64,000 bases of DNA, taken from the NCBI GenBank assembly GCA_963605745.1, contig CAVCWT010000012.1, forward strand, positions 608-64,607, given 5' to 3'. The first letter of the stretch is position 1. Each line of letters begins with the position of its first letter. This stretch comes from Lachnospiraceae bacterium (GTDB taxonomy: Bacteria > Bacillota > Clostridia > Lachnospirales > Lachnospiraceae). Below are positions 40,615 through 49,540 of the stretch, piece by piece. Under the pieces are notes generated by a model, which was not told where the DNA came from, made no database searches, and saw only the letters and a program-made list of their open reading frames with translations. The translations under genes were made by a program, and so were the position numbers.

Positions 40615-41496
40615 TTATTGATACTCCACGCCGGTCGGAATGGCCTGCACAATAAAGTCCTGCGTGTCAGACATGGATCCCTGAATTGTCAGAAGACACC
40701 AGATGTTCACGGCATCCTGCTGCAGATCGGTATTGAGAACTGCCTGCATATTGCGCTGGCTGTAAATGCTGTCAATATAGGCCGCATACTCGTCTGCATC
40801 ATAGAAATTCGTTCCCGTAAGGATGTCAGTGTGATCCGCCGTATAGGCGGCGATCAGCTGGTATTCCATCACCGATCCATCTGTGGTTGTGAGATACAGG
40901 TACGGATTCTGCTCACTGTACTGGGCATCGCCGTACTCGGTCAGCTTCTCAAGAGGGCCGCCCGCAGCTGCACTGCCGTGGATCACAGTATTGGGATCCG
41001 TCAGACCTTCATCATTCCCACTGTCAAGGTAGGCTTTCTGATCTGCAGCGGCATCATTCGAATAAACCGGAACAGACAAGAGCTCTGCGCCGCTCTCTGC
41101 ATCCGCTGCCTGCAGGAGGTACAGCTCTCCATCATCCCATGATGCAGCGGCGTTTCCGTCAAGAAGGCCGGGGCCCTTAAAGGCCGACTCCGTGCCGCTC
41201 TCTCTGCCAAGGATGGTCTCACCATCGTCGAGCTCTGCAGGGATCGTACTCTCCTCTTCCACGGTGGTTTCTTCGCTCGATGACTCCACATTCACCTCTG
41301 CTGCGTTGTCATCGGTGCCGGTGCTCTCCCAGCCGTTTTCTGCAGCAGGGGTTTTTGTTGTCTCCTCTGTGGTCCCCTGTGCCGAGCACCCGGAAAGGGA
41401 GATCGTACAGACGGCAAGGAAAAGTGCCGCTGCTGTCGTTATTTTGCCCGGTGTTGGAACCCGAGATTCCCTGTTCGTTCTCTTAGTCTCTATCAT
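40615..41496 (-). CDS. class B sortase-fold lipoprotein lacking catalytic residues
   Basis: Lipobox LSGC. YLDSGN...TDPNTVIHG, NPYLYLTT, YQLIAAY and LLTI align by eye to SrtB, but YGH, TLSTC and the catalytic Arg are replaced. Confidence 0.7.
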   Translation of the reverse strand: MIETKRTNRESRVPTPGKITTAAALFLAVCTISLSGCSAQGTTEETTKTPAAENGWESTGTDDNAAEVNVESSSEETTVEEESTIPAELDDGETILGRESGTESAFKGPGLLDGNAAASWDDGELYLLQAADAESGAELLSVPVYSNDAAADQKAYLDSGNDEGLTDPNTVIHGSAAAGGPLEKLTEYGDAQYSEQNPYLYLTTTDGSVMEYQLIAAYTADHTDILTGTNFYDADEYAAYIDSIYSQRNMQAVLNTDLQQDAVNIWCLLTIQGSMSDTQDFIVQAIPTGVEYQ

Positions 41497-42241
41497 CGTC
41501 ACCGCCGTAGTTGCCGTAATACTTGCCGTAGTACTTACCATAATATTTGCCGTAGTATTTGCCGTAGTAGCCTTTGCCGCCGTCCATATCGACTTTATTC
41601 AGAACGCACCCCAGAACCCGGCAGCCGGCGCGAAGGAGCTGATCCAGAACGCTCTGTGCGAACCGATAACTGATATTACCGCTGGAGATGACCAGCATGA
41701 TGCCGTCGCATTTCTTGCCGATGATGGCAGAGTCGATCACGCTCCCAAGGGGCGGGGTGTCAACGATGACATAGTCATAGATCTTTCTCGCATCCGCAAG
41801 AAGCTGGGTGAACGTATCGCTGTTAAGGAGCTCCGAGGGGGTCGGCGTGGTGGGACCTGCCAGCATGACATCAAATCCTGCCTGGTTGGTCTTGCAGACA
41901 GCCTCTTCCATGGAGCACTGGCCTACCAGATAGTTGGCAAGGCCATAGCGTACCCTGCCGGAGCGAAGGTGCTCTCTCATAACAGACTTACGAAGATCGG
42001 CATCGATCATCAGAACCTTGTTCTGGTTCTCGGCAAAGGATCTTGCCAGTTCAAAAGAGACCTCAGATTTACCCTCGTTGGGAGTGCAGCTGGTGACAGC
42101 AATGACATGCACATCCTTGCCGCTGAACTCGATATTGGAGCGGAGGGTCTTGTATGCCTCGCGGGTACGGAAGGCGAGGTTATCATCCTGCAGTACAACG
42201 CTCTGTGTCATTGTCTGATTCGCGTTTTTGGGCATTTGCAT
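41483..42241 (-). CDS. cpsD: protein-tyrosine kinase CpsD/EpsB (BY-kinase)
   Basis: EAYKTLRSNI, PNEGKS, IDADLRK, VDTPP and a C-terminal (YYGK)n cluster. Confidence 0.93.
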   Translation of the reverse strand: MQMPKNANQTMTQSVVLQDDNLAFRTREAYKTLRSNIEFSGKDVHVIAVTSCTPNEGKSEVSFELARSFAENQNKVLMIDADLRKSVMREHLRSGRVRYGLANYLVGQCSMEEAVCKTNQAGFDVMLAGPTTPTPSELLNSDTFTQLLADARKIYDYVIVDTPPLGSVIDSAIIGKKCDGIMLVISSGNISYRFAQSVLDQLLRAGCRVLGCVLNKVDMDGGKGYYGKYYGKYYGKYYGKYYGNYGGDDDRD

Positions 42242-42258
42242 AATCTATCTCCTCCTTC

Positions 42259-43671
42259 CTAGATCATTTCATCATCGGACAGAAAATCTTCCATGCTGAG
42301 GATGTCTCCGAGCTCCTGTGTCATGGAAAGCTCATCCTCATCTGCCGGCTGCGGCGCAGAATTTTTCTGTGTGGGCTGCGGCCTTACCGGCGACTGCTGC
42401 GGTGCCTTGCCGGCGACTGCTGCAGCACTGCCATTCTCAGCAGCCCTCTTTTCGGAATTCCTGCGCTCCGGGCGCCCAGCCTCCCTTGCAGGTCCTTCAT
42501 TTCGAACCGGCCGGCGAGTCGTATTATTCATATTGTTCGGACCTTGGTGTTCATTCCCAGGTGCCGCTGCATTTCTGTGTTCCGGATAATCCGAGCGTTC
42601 CGGGTGCTCTGCGCTGCCGGCATTTCGCGATCCGTTTCTGCGCTTATCTGCCTCGCTCGCTTTGATCTCCTGAACAACTCTCTGTCTGGTCGGCGGTTCC
42701 TTGGTCTGACGGTGGTGCACCGGTTCACTCTTTTTATTCTTTTTGTTCTTTTTCCGTGCCTTTTTGTCCTCTGCCGCGGCAGCACCGATGTTTTCATCGA
42801 GAGGGATCATAGCCAGCACAGAGAGTCCCAGATACCGCTCAACATCCTCGCTGGTCTTGACCGTGTCATCCAGGATGTAGCGCAGAACAACCAGGACGCT
42901 CACAAGGAGTGCACCCAAAAACGCAGCAATAATCGCCCATTTGCCGCAGCTGGGAGCTGACTTCACGGTCGGGAGATTGGCCTCCTCATAGGTGTTCACA
43001 GCATCGATCTGCATGGTGCTGATGATGAGCTCGGCAGCCTCGGTGCGGATGCTGTTCGCAAGGGTCTGTGCCAAGGCCGGATCATGATCGGTCACGGTGA
43101 TGGATACAATACGGGTATCGGTAGGCGTGTCGACGGAGACCTTATCAAGGAAAGTTTTGTAATCGTAGAGCTCATTCAGGCCGTTGTCAGAGATCACCTT
43201 TTCAATGACGGTACGCGAAGTAATGAGCTCGGCGTAGTCCTTGGTCAGCTGAGAGCCGACCTGCAGGTCTGTGTAGGTGCTCTGCCCACTGCTGGTGCTG
43301 CTCTTTTTATCCAGTACATAAATCTTGGTTGTGGACTGGAATTCCTCCGGCAGAACAAATTTGCTAAAGCTATAGGCCGCTGCGCCAAAGGCGATGGCAA
43401 CGACAAGGATGAGCCAGAGCCAGTGCACGATAACGCCGAATACCTCGCCTAAATCAATGGTAATCTCATCATCGTTCTCCTGGCTGAGCATGCCGGTGCG
43501 GACCCCAATGCGGTTTGCCGCAGCGCCCTGCGCGTTCATTGTGTCCATACCGGCATAAGGACTGCCGTAGATCGCGCTGCCCTTGCCATCATTCATCCCT
43601 GCGTAAGCACCGGCACTTTGTGCGGCGCCTGCATACATATTCTCGTTTCTGTTCTCTGTGTTCACATTCAT
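42259..43671 (-). CDS. cpsC: capsular polysaccharide chain-length regulator CpsC/Wzz with long disordered extensions
   Basis: EITIDL, STTKIYV, LTKDYAELITSR, DTRIVSI and DDTVKTSEDVERYLGL motifs. Start uncertain. Confidence 0.88.
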   Translation of the reverse strand: MNVNTENRNENMYAGAAQSAGAYAGMNDGKGSAIYGSPYAGMDTMNAQGAAANRIGVRTGMLSQENDDEITIDLGEVFGVIVHWLWLILVVAIAFGAAAYSFSKFVLPEEFQSTTKIYVLDKKSSTSSGQSTYTDLQVGSQLTKDYAELITSRTVIEKVISDNGLNELYDYKTFLDKVSVDTPTDTRIVSITVTDHDPALAQTLANSIRTEAAELIISTMQIDAVNTYEEANLPTVKSAPSCGKWAIIAAFLGALLVSVLVVLRYILDDTVKTSEDVERYLGLSVLAMIPLDENIGAAAAEDKKARKKNKKNKKSEPVHHRQTKEPPTRQRVVQEIKASEADKRRNGSRNAGSAEHPERSDYPEHRNAAAPGNEHQGPNNMNNTTRRPVRNEGPAREAGRPERRNSEKRAAENGSAAAVAGKAPQQSPVRPQPTQKNSAPQPADEDELSMTQELGDILSMEDFLSDDEMI

Positions 43672-43876
43672 AGGGTACTGGTTCCTGTGCGGACGTAATC
43701 TGCCGTTGCTCACACATCTTTTGCAGGATAGACCTGTCGATGTCAAAGGAGCATGGCACAATCCGTCTCGTTTGCAATGATCAGATGATATGTTATTAAA
43801 TGCACAATCCTAAATGATTATGATTGTTTCTCTGTGGTTTTGCAAGGATTTTGTCGGATATTATCACAAAATCCTC

Positions 43877-44614
43877 CTACACTTCTTCATCCCGGATGAC
43901 GCGTAAGGTATTCTCACGCATGATCCTTCGAATATAGTCGGGATCACAGTGTTTCTCGAGGTAGTTCCAGCACTCCAGCATTCTGGGCGTACGGCCCTGA
44001 TCTTTGTGAGCATCGGTCCCGATAAAGGTAACCAGCTGCTCCTCCAGAATGTGATGCACAAACCGCGGAATGGGTGCCATAAACCTTGGCAGAACATCGT
44101 CTGCATTTACCTGCAGGTAAATCTGATTGCGATAGAGATTCTCCACCAGCTGGTAGTCCTTGCGAAGGCAATCATACCGTTCGCAGTGTGCCAGGATGAC
44201 GCGATAGCCTTCATAAGAGAGGGTCCGAAGCCCCTCCTGAATGTAGGAAGCCTGCTCCCATGGCTTGAATTCCACCAGAACATAGGAGGAACCTGCCATC
44301 GTCTGAATCCTGCCCTCCTCGAGATCCTCCAAAACGCCGCTGTCATACATGATCTCATTGCCGGGATAAAGGTCGATGGGGATATCATTCTCATACATCC
44401 GGTCATACATGGCATCGATGCGGCGTTCCTGTCCTTTCGGGGAAACGTTGTGATGTCCCCTTTTATAATGCGGAGTCAGGATCATGGTCTCAATATGATG
44501 CTCCGCTGCGATGGCCAGCATGTTCTGCGTCATCTCCATACTCTCGGAGCCGTCGTCGACCTTTGGCATGATGTGTATGTGCATGTCTGCGAATCCGTAA
44601 TCCGGTTGTTTCAT
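43877..44614 (-). CDS. cpsB: PHP-family protein-tyrosine phosphatase CpsB
   Basis: DMHIHIMPKVDDG, TPH, GNE, AHCERY and TDAH motifs. Confidence 0.93.
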   Translation of the reverse strand: MKQPDYGFADMHIHIMPKVDDGSESMEMTQNMLAIAAEHHIETMILTPHYKRGHHNVSPKGQERRIDAMYDRMYENDIPIDLYPGNEIMYDSGVLEDLEEGRIQTMAGSSYVLVEFKPWEQASYIQEGLRTLSYEGYRVILAHCERYDCLRKDYQLVENLYRNQIYLQVNADDVLPRFMAPIPRFVHHILEEQLVTFIGTDAHKDQGRTPRMLECWNYLEKHCDPDYIRRIMRENTLRVIRDEEV

Positions 44615-44632
44615 AGTATCCTCTGTCGTTTT

Positions 44633-45913
44633 TTACTCTTCTGCTGTACCAGAGAGCTCCTCTTGTGATACCTCGGTATAGAACACCTCCAGCATCAGTT
44701 CGTACAATGCGTCCTCATCGTAGTCGAATTCTTCGTAGCCCTGATCACCGGTCGTTGTAGTGCCTTCGAGAGAATAGATGGTATCAAGGTTCAGAGAATA
44801 GCTGCCCATCTGACCGGCCAGATAAGTCACCTCGGACACATCCACATCCGTCACCATGTAGCGGGAGATGGTCTGATAGAGATTCACAACGGAGGTCGGA
44901 TCCTTGCGGATGGACTCCATCATCTTGCTCATTAGGGCCTTGAGGTAGACCTTTTGTTTTTCCAGGCGGAAGGATGCGGTATCAAAGGTTTTGATATCAC
45001 GGTAGTGCACGTAGTTGAAGGCATCCTTCCCCATCAGCGTCTCGTCCTCGCCGTACTGAATCTTGCCATCTTCAAAGGTCATCCGCGGCACGGTGACACC
45101 GCCGACAGCATCATTGATTGTTGGAATTGCCCCCATGTTGATGGCCACATATCCGGACAGCGGCAGGGAATAGAACAGGTTGGAGACGGCCTTTTCCTCA
45201 CGCTCACAGGACTCCTCCAGACCGTTGCCGTAGCCGTGGGCGAGACAGATCTGACCAGTACCTGTGTAGACGAACTCGTCGTTCTCGTCATAGACATCAA
45301 TCTCGGTCATGGTATTGCGGTTGATGGCAACAACGCTGATCTTCTCGGTCGCCGGATTCATGACAAGGAGGAACAAACTGTCCGCCTGTCCGCCGTTCAC
45401 GCCGCCGGATTTTTCTGAAACGTAATTCATGTCATCGATGCCCATAAAGAGGAAGGTCAGGATCTGGTCGTTATATTCGTAGACCTTGTCGTTATAACGA
45501 ACCCAGCCGCTCTTCCAGACCTCGCCAGGCTCTGCCTGTTCGCTCGTCTCCTCCCCGGCTGCTACCAGCGTAGGGGCCGCCAAAGCCGCCTTTTGATAAA
45601 GGGATCGTTTGCCCATGGCATCCAGAACGCGCCACCCGGCGAATGCGCTGCATCCAAGAAGGCCCAATACGACCACCACGACCAGCAGCACTCGCTTCCA
45701 ACCATGGCGGCGACGATGGTGGTGATGGCGGTATTCTGACCGGCCAAAGGTCCTCCTTTTGTGAGCACGCCCCTTGCTGTCATAATAAAGCGGACCGTCC
45801 TCGTCTGCCGCGGCCTTTGCATGGTGTCCCCGGTGATGATGCACACTCCCCTCGAAATCAATGTCTAGTATGTCGTTATTCTGGCTATGATCATTCATAT
45901 CATCTGTACTCAT
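44633..45913 (-). CDS. LCP (LytR-CpsA-Psr) family glycopolymer transferase
   Basis: Single TM; FLFMGID, GQADS, INRN, DAVGGVTV and RLEKQK motifs. Confidence 0.9.
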   Translation of the reverse strand: MSTDDMNDHSQNNDILDIDFEGSVHHHRGHHAKAAADEDGPLYYDSKGRAHKRRTFGRSEYRHHHHRRRHGWKRVLLVVVVVLGLLGCSAFAGWRVLDAMGKRSLYQKAALAAPTLVAAGEETSEQAEPGEVWKSGWVRYNDKVYEYNDQILTFLFMGIDDMNYVSEKSGGVNGGQADSLFLLVMNPATEKISVVAINRNTMTEIDVYDENDEFVYTGTGQICLAHGYGNGLEESCEREEKAVSNLFYSLPLSGYVAINMGAIPTINDAVGGVTVPRMTFEDGKIQYGEDETLMGKDAFNYVHYRDIKTFDTASFRLEKQKVYLKALMSKMMESIRKDPTSVVNLYQTISRYMVTDVDVSEVTYLAGQMGSYSLNLDTIYSLEGTTTTGDQGYEEFDYDEDALYELMLEVFYTEVSQEELSGTAEE

Positions 45914-45922
45914 CTCTTTAAT

Positions 45923-46585
45923 CTACCATCCAACCACCACCAGGGCTGTTCCGTCCGAGACGGTCACGGACGCTGCGCTCTCTTTGGAGGTTTCTTCCGT
46001 AATCTCGTTCGAGCACCCGATGGGGAAATCATTTCGCAGCTCTCCGTTTTCCAGGGAATATTTCATTCCACGAATCGTCACGCCCCTTACAACAGGATCC
46101 AGTGCGAACACGGAGAACCGTCCTGTAAATCCACGGTGAAAAATCTTCGTCTCGTTTCGAACCAGGAACAGCATCTGATTGCTGTCCATAATATAGCCCT
46201 GACCACCCTGTTCCTTGATATAATACAGCACTTGCAGATTCGCAATCGTATGGGAAATCCGTTCCCCTCCGAGTGCGCCGTACAGGTCAAAGCGCCGGTA
46301 TCCAAGGCGCATTCCAAAGCGAACGGCTGCAAGCGTGTCGGTATCATCCTTTTCTGCCGGCAAGGTCACAATCCGCTCAGGGGTCTGGCAGCGAATCTCC
46401 TCCAGAACAGCCCGGGACTCCTGCTGCAACGAATCATAGTCCCCGATACAATAATCCGGCAGAATTCCCATCCGGTTCAGATAGGTCAGACCGTTATCCA
46501 CAGCAATCAGGCAGTCTCCTTCCTCCCTTGGAATTCCCATCGGAGTAAAGTCTCCCGCGCAGACTAAGATGCATTTTCCTTCCAT
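45923..46585 (-). CDS. thiN: thiamine pyrophosphokinase
   Basis: IAVDNG, IGDYDS, EKDDTD, GALGGER.SH and SN motifs. Confidence 0.93.
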   Translation of the reverse strand: MEGKCILVCAGDFTPMGIPREEGDCLIAVDNGLTYLNRMGILPDYCIGDYDSLQQESRAVLEEIRCQTPERIVTLPAEKDDTDTLAAVRFGMRLGYRRFDLYGALGGERISHTIANLQVLYYIKEQGGQGYIMDSNQMLFLVRNETKIFHRGFTGRFSVFALDPVVRGVTIRGMKYSLENGELRNDFPIGCSNEITEETSKESAASVTVSDGTALVVVGW

Positions 46586-46630
46586 ATCCGTTAGTCTCCT
46601 GCCTGTTCGTGCAACTTAGCAGCTGCATTT

Positions 46631-46755
46631 GTATCTGTTTAACACCTGGCGATTTCTATCATGAATTGGGCGCCTCGCGCACAAATTCATGACTGAAATT
46701 GTCAGGTGGGCAAGGAGCAAAGCTCCTCTGCCCAGCCACATCGAGGTTTTCTAAA
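46631..46755 (-). mobile_element. copy of the 156-bp three-hairpin TIR element (left end deleted)
   Basis: Reverse complement matches 15341-15458 along its length; starts gtatctgtttaacac. Confidence 0.8.
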
Positions 46756-46769
46756 TGCAAGGAGAAAGC

Positions 46770-46816
46770 CGTGCAGAAAAGGACGGAGTGTGTAGTACCT
46801 CCGCCCTTTTTCGCAC
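46770..46816. terminator. hairpin / probable terminator after the GtrB-like gene
   Basis: gtgcagaaaaggacggag...ctccgccctttttcgcac imperfect inverted repeat. Confidence 0.5.
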
Positions 46817-46886
46817 CGCAATCCCGGCGCAGTGTCCGCTTACAAAAAACGGACGAAATGTGTATTTCCTTAAGGCCTTCGGCGGA

Positions 46887-47885
46887 TCACTTCTGAATTT
46901 TCCGCGGCGTTTTAGCTGGCTTTGTCGTATAGCCATTCCCTTCATCCAGGAACTCTTCAATGATGAATCTGGGGCGGTGTTTGGTCTCCATATAGATCTT
47001 GCCGATATACTCTCCGATGACGCCAAGGGACAACAGGATCAGTCCGCCGATGGCCCAGACCGATACATTCAGGAAGGTCCACCCGGCAACCGTTGCTCCC
47101 ATCAGATGGCGTATCACTGAATAGACCAGAATGCCCAGGCTGAACAGGAAGATGACTACACCCAGTGTGGTGATCATTCGAATCGGTTCGATGGACAGCG
47201 ACGTGATGCCATCCATGGCAAAGGAGATCATCTTTTTCAGCGGATATTTGCTTTCTCCGGCAAAACGCTCCGCTCGCTCATAATAGACAACGTCGCTTGG
47301 ATAGCCAACAAGGGGCACCATTCCGCGAAGGAACAGATTCACCTCTCCGAACTCCGCAAGACCGTCCAGCGCCCGTTTGCTCATGAGTCGATAGTCCGCA
47401 TGGTTGTAAACGATCTTTGCTCCAAAGCGGTCCATCAGCTTGTAAAAGCTCTCTGCGGTCGTCCGCTTAAACCAGGTATCGGTTGCCCTGGCACTGCGAA
47501 CGCCGTAGACAACATCGCATCCTTCGTAATATTTGTCCAGCATGGCATCACAGGCTTCGATGTCATCCTGCAGATCCGCATCCATGGAAATCACCACATC
47601 TGCATAGCTGCGAACGGTCATCAGCCCCGCAAGAAGCGCATTCTGATGTCCCCGGTTCCTTGACAGGTTGATCCCGGAGAACAGGGAGTCCTCTTCGTGA
47701 AGACGTTGAATGATCTCCCAGGTTTTATCCTTGGATCCGTCATTGATGTAGCATACCCTGCTCTTATCGCTGATCTTGCCGGCCGCCATAAGAGCGGTCA
47801 TCTTGACCTTCAGGCGCCTTGACGTCTCCGGCAGAACCTCTTCTTCGTTGTAGCACGGAATCACATAATATAAAATGTCAGCCAT
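46887..47885 (-). CDS. GT2 polyprenol-phosphate glycosyltransferase (GtrB-like)
   Basis: IPCYNEEE, NDGSKD, DADLQD, ADYRLMS and two C-terminal TMs. Confidence 0.9.
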   Translation of the reverse strand: MADILYYVIPCYNEEEVLPETSRRLKVKMTALMAAGKISDKSRVCYINDGSKDKTWEIIQRLHEEDSLFSGINLSRNRGHQNALLAGLMTVRSYADVVISMDADLQDDIEACDAMLDKYYEGCDVVYGVRSARATDTWFKRTTAESFYKLMDRFGAKIVYNHADYRLMSKRALDGLAEFGEVNLFLRGMVPLVGYPSDVVYYERAERFAGESKYPLKKMISFAMDGITSLSIEPIRMITTLGVVIFLFSLGILVYSVIRHLMGATVAGWTFLNVSVWAIGGLILLSLGVIGEYIGKIYMETKHRPRFIIEEFLDEGNGYTTKPAKTPRKIQK

Positions 47886-48342
47886 TTTCGGAATGATCCT
47901 CCAGGCAGATCTTTCTGCTGATAAAGTTGTAGACCATCACAACTCCGGTCGCAAAGCATTTAAAGAACGTCTCTGCAAGGCCGGTTCCCATCAGCCGGTT
48001 CAGCCCTGTCCACTTTTCGTAAACAACGTCCATCCCGACATACAGAACAGCCTCGTTGATGATAAGTCCGATGACGCTCAGAACAAAGAAAATGATGAAT
48101 TCCTTTTGTTTGGACATATCATCTCTTCGTTTAAAGACGAATTTAAAGCTCAGGATGTAATTGGTCACCATCGAGATGATAAAGCTGATAAACTGCGAGA
48201 TCAGATAATACCAGCTGCACTGCTGGTCAAATCCGACCGCCCGGAACACAATGTTTAAAACGGTATAGATTCCAAAATCAATAAAAAAGCAAATCACTCC
48301 GACAACGCCGAATTTCGCAATCTGCTCCAGCAGCTTTTTCAT
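47878..48342 (-). CDS. GtrA-family flippase-like membrane protein
   Basis: QIAKFGVVG, NYILSFKFVF and YNFISRK motifs; four TMs. Confidence 0.9.
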   Translation of the reverse strand: MKKLLEQIAKFGVVGVICFFIDFGIYTVLNIVFRAVGFDQQCSWYYLISQFISFIISMVTNYILSFKFVFKRRDDMSKQKEFIIFFVLSVIGLIINEAVLYVGMDVVYEKWTGLNRLMGTGLAETFFKCFATGVVMVYNFISRKICLEDHSENG

Positions 48343-48373
48343 AATCTCTGTTCTCCTTATCTTTGTTCCGCTG

Positions 48374-48853
48374 TTAGTTCAGCTTCTCCGCCACGAGCTC
48401 TATGGCTGCAAGACATGCCTTTTCGCGGATGCTCTGCCGGTCCCCTTCGAGCATGAACCTTTGAGCAGATCCCTTTCCGTCAATGCAGATTCCGACATAG
48501 ACCAGTCCCACCGGCTTATCTTCCTGCGCATCCGGTCCTGCATTGCCGGTAATGGCAATCGCAACATCGGTACCGGTCTTTTTGGCTGCGCCGATGGCCA
48601 TCTGTTTGGCCGTTTTTTTGGCAATGGCGCCTTCTTCCTTAAGGACTTTTTTAGAAACACCCAGCATGTCGTGCTTTTCTCTCGTGGCATAGGTCACAAA
48701 GCCGCCGGCATAAACCGCAGAAACGCCGGGAACCGACGTCAGTATTTGAGCCAGCATGCCGCCTGTGCAGGACTCCGCTGTAGAAAGCGTCATATTCTGG
48801 TCCTTCAGCTGTTCCACAAGGTTCCTTGCCTTTTCATGTAATTCCGGTTCCAT
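48374..48853 (-). CDS. cinA: CinA C-terminal domain / NMN amidohydrolase (PncC-like)
   Basis: TAESCTGG, ITGNAGP and KPVGLVY motifs; stand-alone domain. Confidence 0.88.
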   Translation of the reverse strand: MEPELHEKARNLVEQLKDQNMTLSTAESCTGGMLAQILTSVPGVSAVYAGGFVTYATREKHDMLGVSKKVLKEEGAIAKKTAKQMAIGAAKKTGTDVAIAITGNAGPDAQEDKPVGLVYVGICIDGKGSAQRFMLEGDRQSIREKACLAAIELVAEKLN

Positions 48854-48978
48854 GCAGTTTCCCTGTTCCTTTCCCCGATTCTCTCGCACTGCCGCTTATT
48901 CTGTGCCCTACCCCATCCCGGCACAGCCCCTTCATGCCATAATTTCCGGAAAGTTCGCATCCAAAATTTTCGGCTCCG

Positions 48979-49007
48979 GTACAGCGTTTGCAAAATCGCT
49001 GTACTAG
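48979..49007 (+). repeat. short palindromic REP-like repeat
   Basis: gtacagcg-tttgcaaaat-cgctgtac-tag, overlapping the pgsA TAG stop. Confidence 0.7.
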
Positions 49008-49540
49008 TCCACGTCCTGCAGAACCGCTTTGTTCTTGGCAACATAGTCCACAAGGGAAATCACCGTCAGGATCGTTGCGATCCACATGACAATCGTGGTC
49101 AACGGCTGCAAAACGCTGACATTCATGATCATCAGAATGACCATGATCATCTGGAAGGTCGTCTTGAATTTGCCCCAGTAGCTGGCCGCAATGACGATGC
49201 CCTGCTCTGCAGCGATCAGGCGAAAGCCCGAAATCACGAATTCTCTTGCCACAATGATGCACACAATCCACGCCGGGATCCGGCCCAATGCGATCAGGCA
49301 AATCATGCCCGAGCACACGAGGAGCTTATCGGCAAGAGGATCCATGAATTTACCAAAGTTGGTAATCAGGTTGTATTTGCGTGCGATCTTGCCGTCGGCA
49401 AGGTCGGTCAGACTCGCAATAACAAAAATAACGAGCGCCGCCCAGTCACTGGCCTCTCCAAAGGGTCTTGCCAGGAGGATTGCCACAAAAAAGGGCACCA
49501 TGATTACACGCAGCAATGTCAGCTTATTCGGCAGATTCAT
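49004..49540 (-). CDS. pgsA: CDP-diacylglycerol--glycerol-3-phosphate 3-phosphatidyltransferase
   Basis: MNLPNKLT, DLADGKIAR and FGKFMDPLADK motifs. Confidence 0.96.
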   Translation of the reverse strand: MNLPNKLTLLRVIMVPFFVAILLARPFGEASDWAALVIFVIASLTDLADGKIARKYNLITNFGKFMDPLADKLLVCSGMICLIALGRIPAWIVCIIVAREFVISGFRLIAAEQGIVIAASYWGKFKTTFQMIMVILMIMNVSVLQPLTTIVMWIATILTVISLVDYVAKNKAVLQDVD

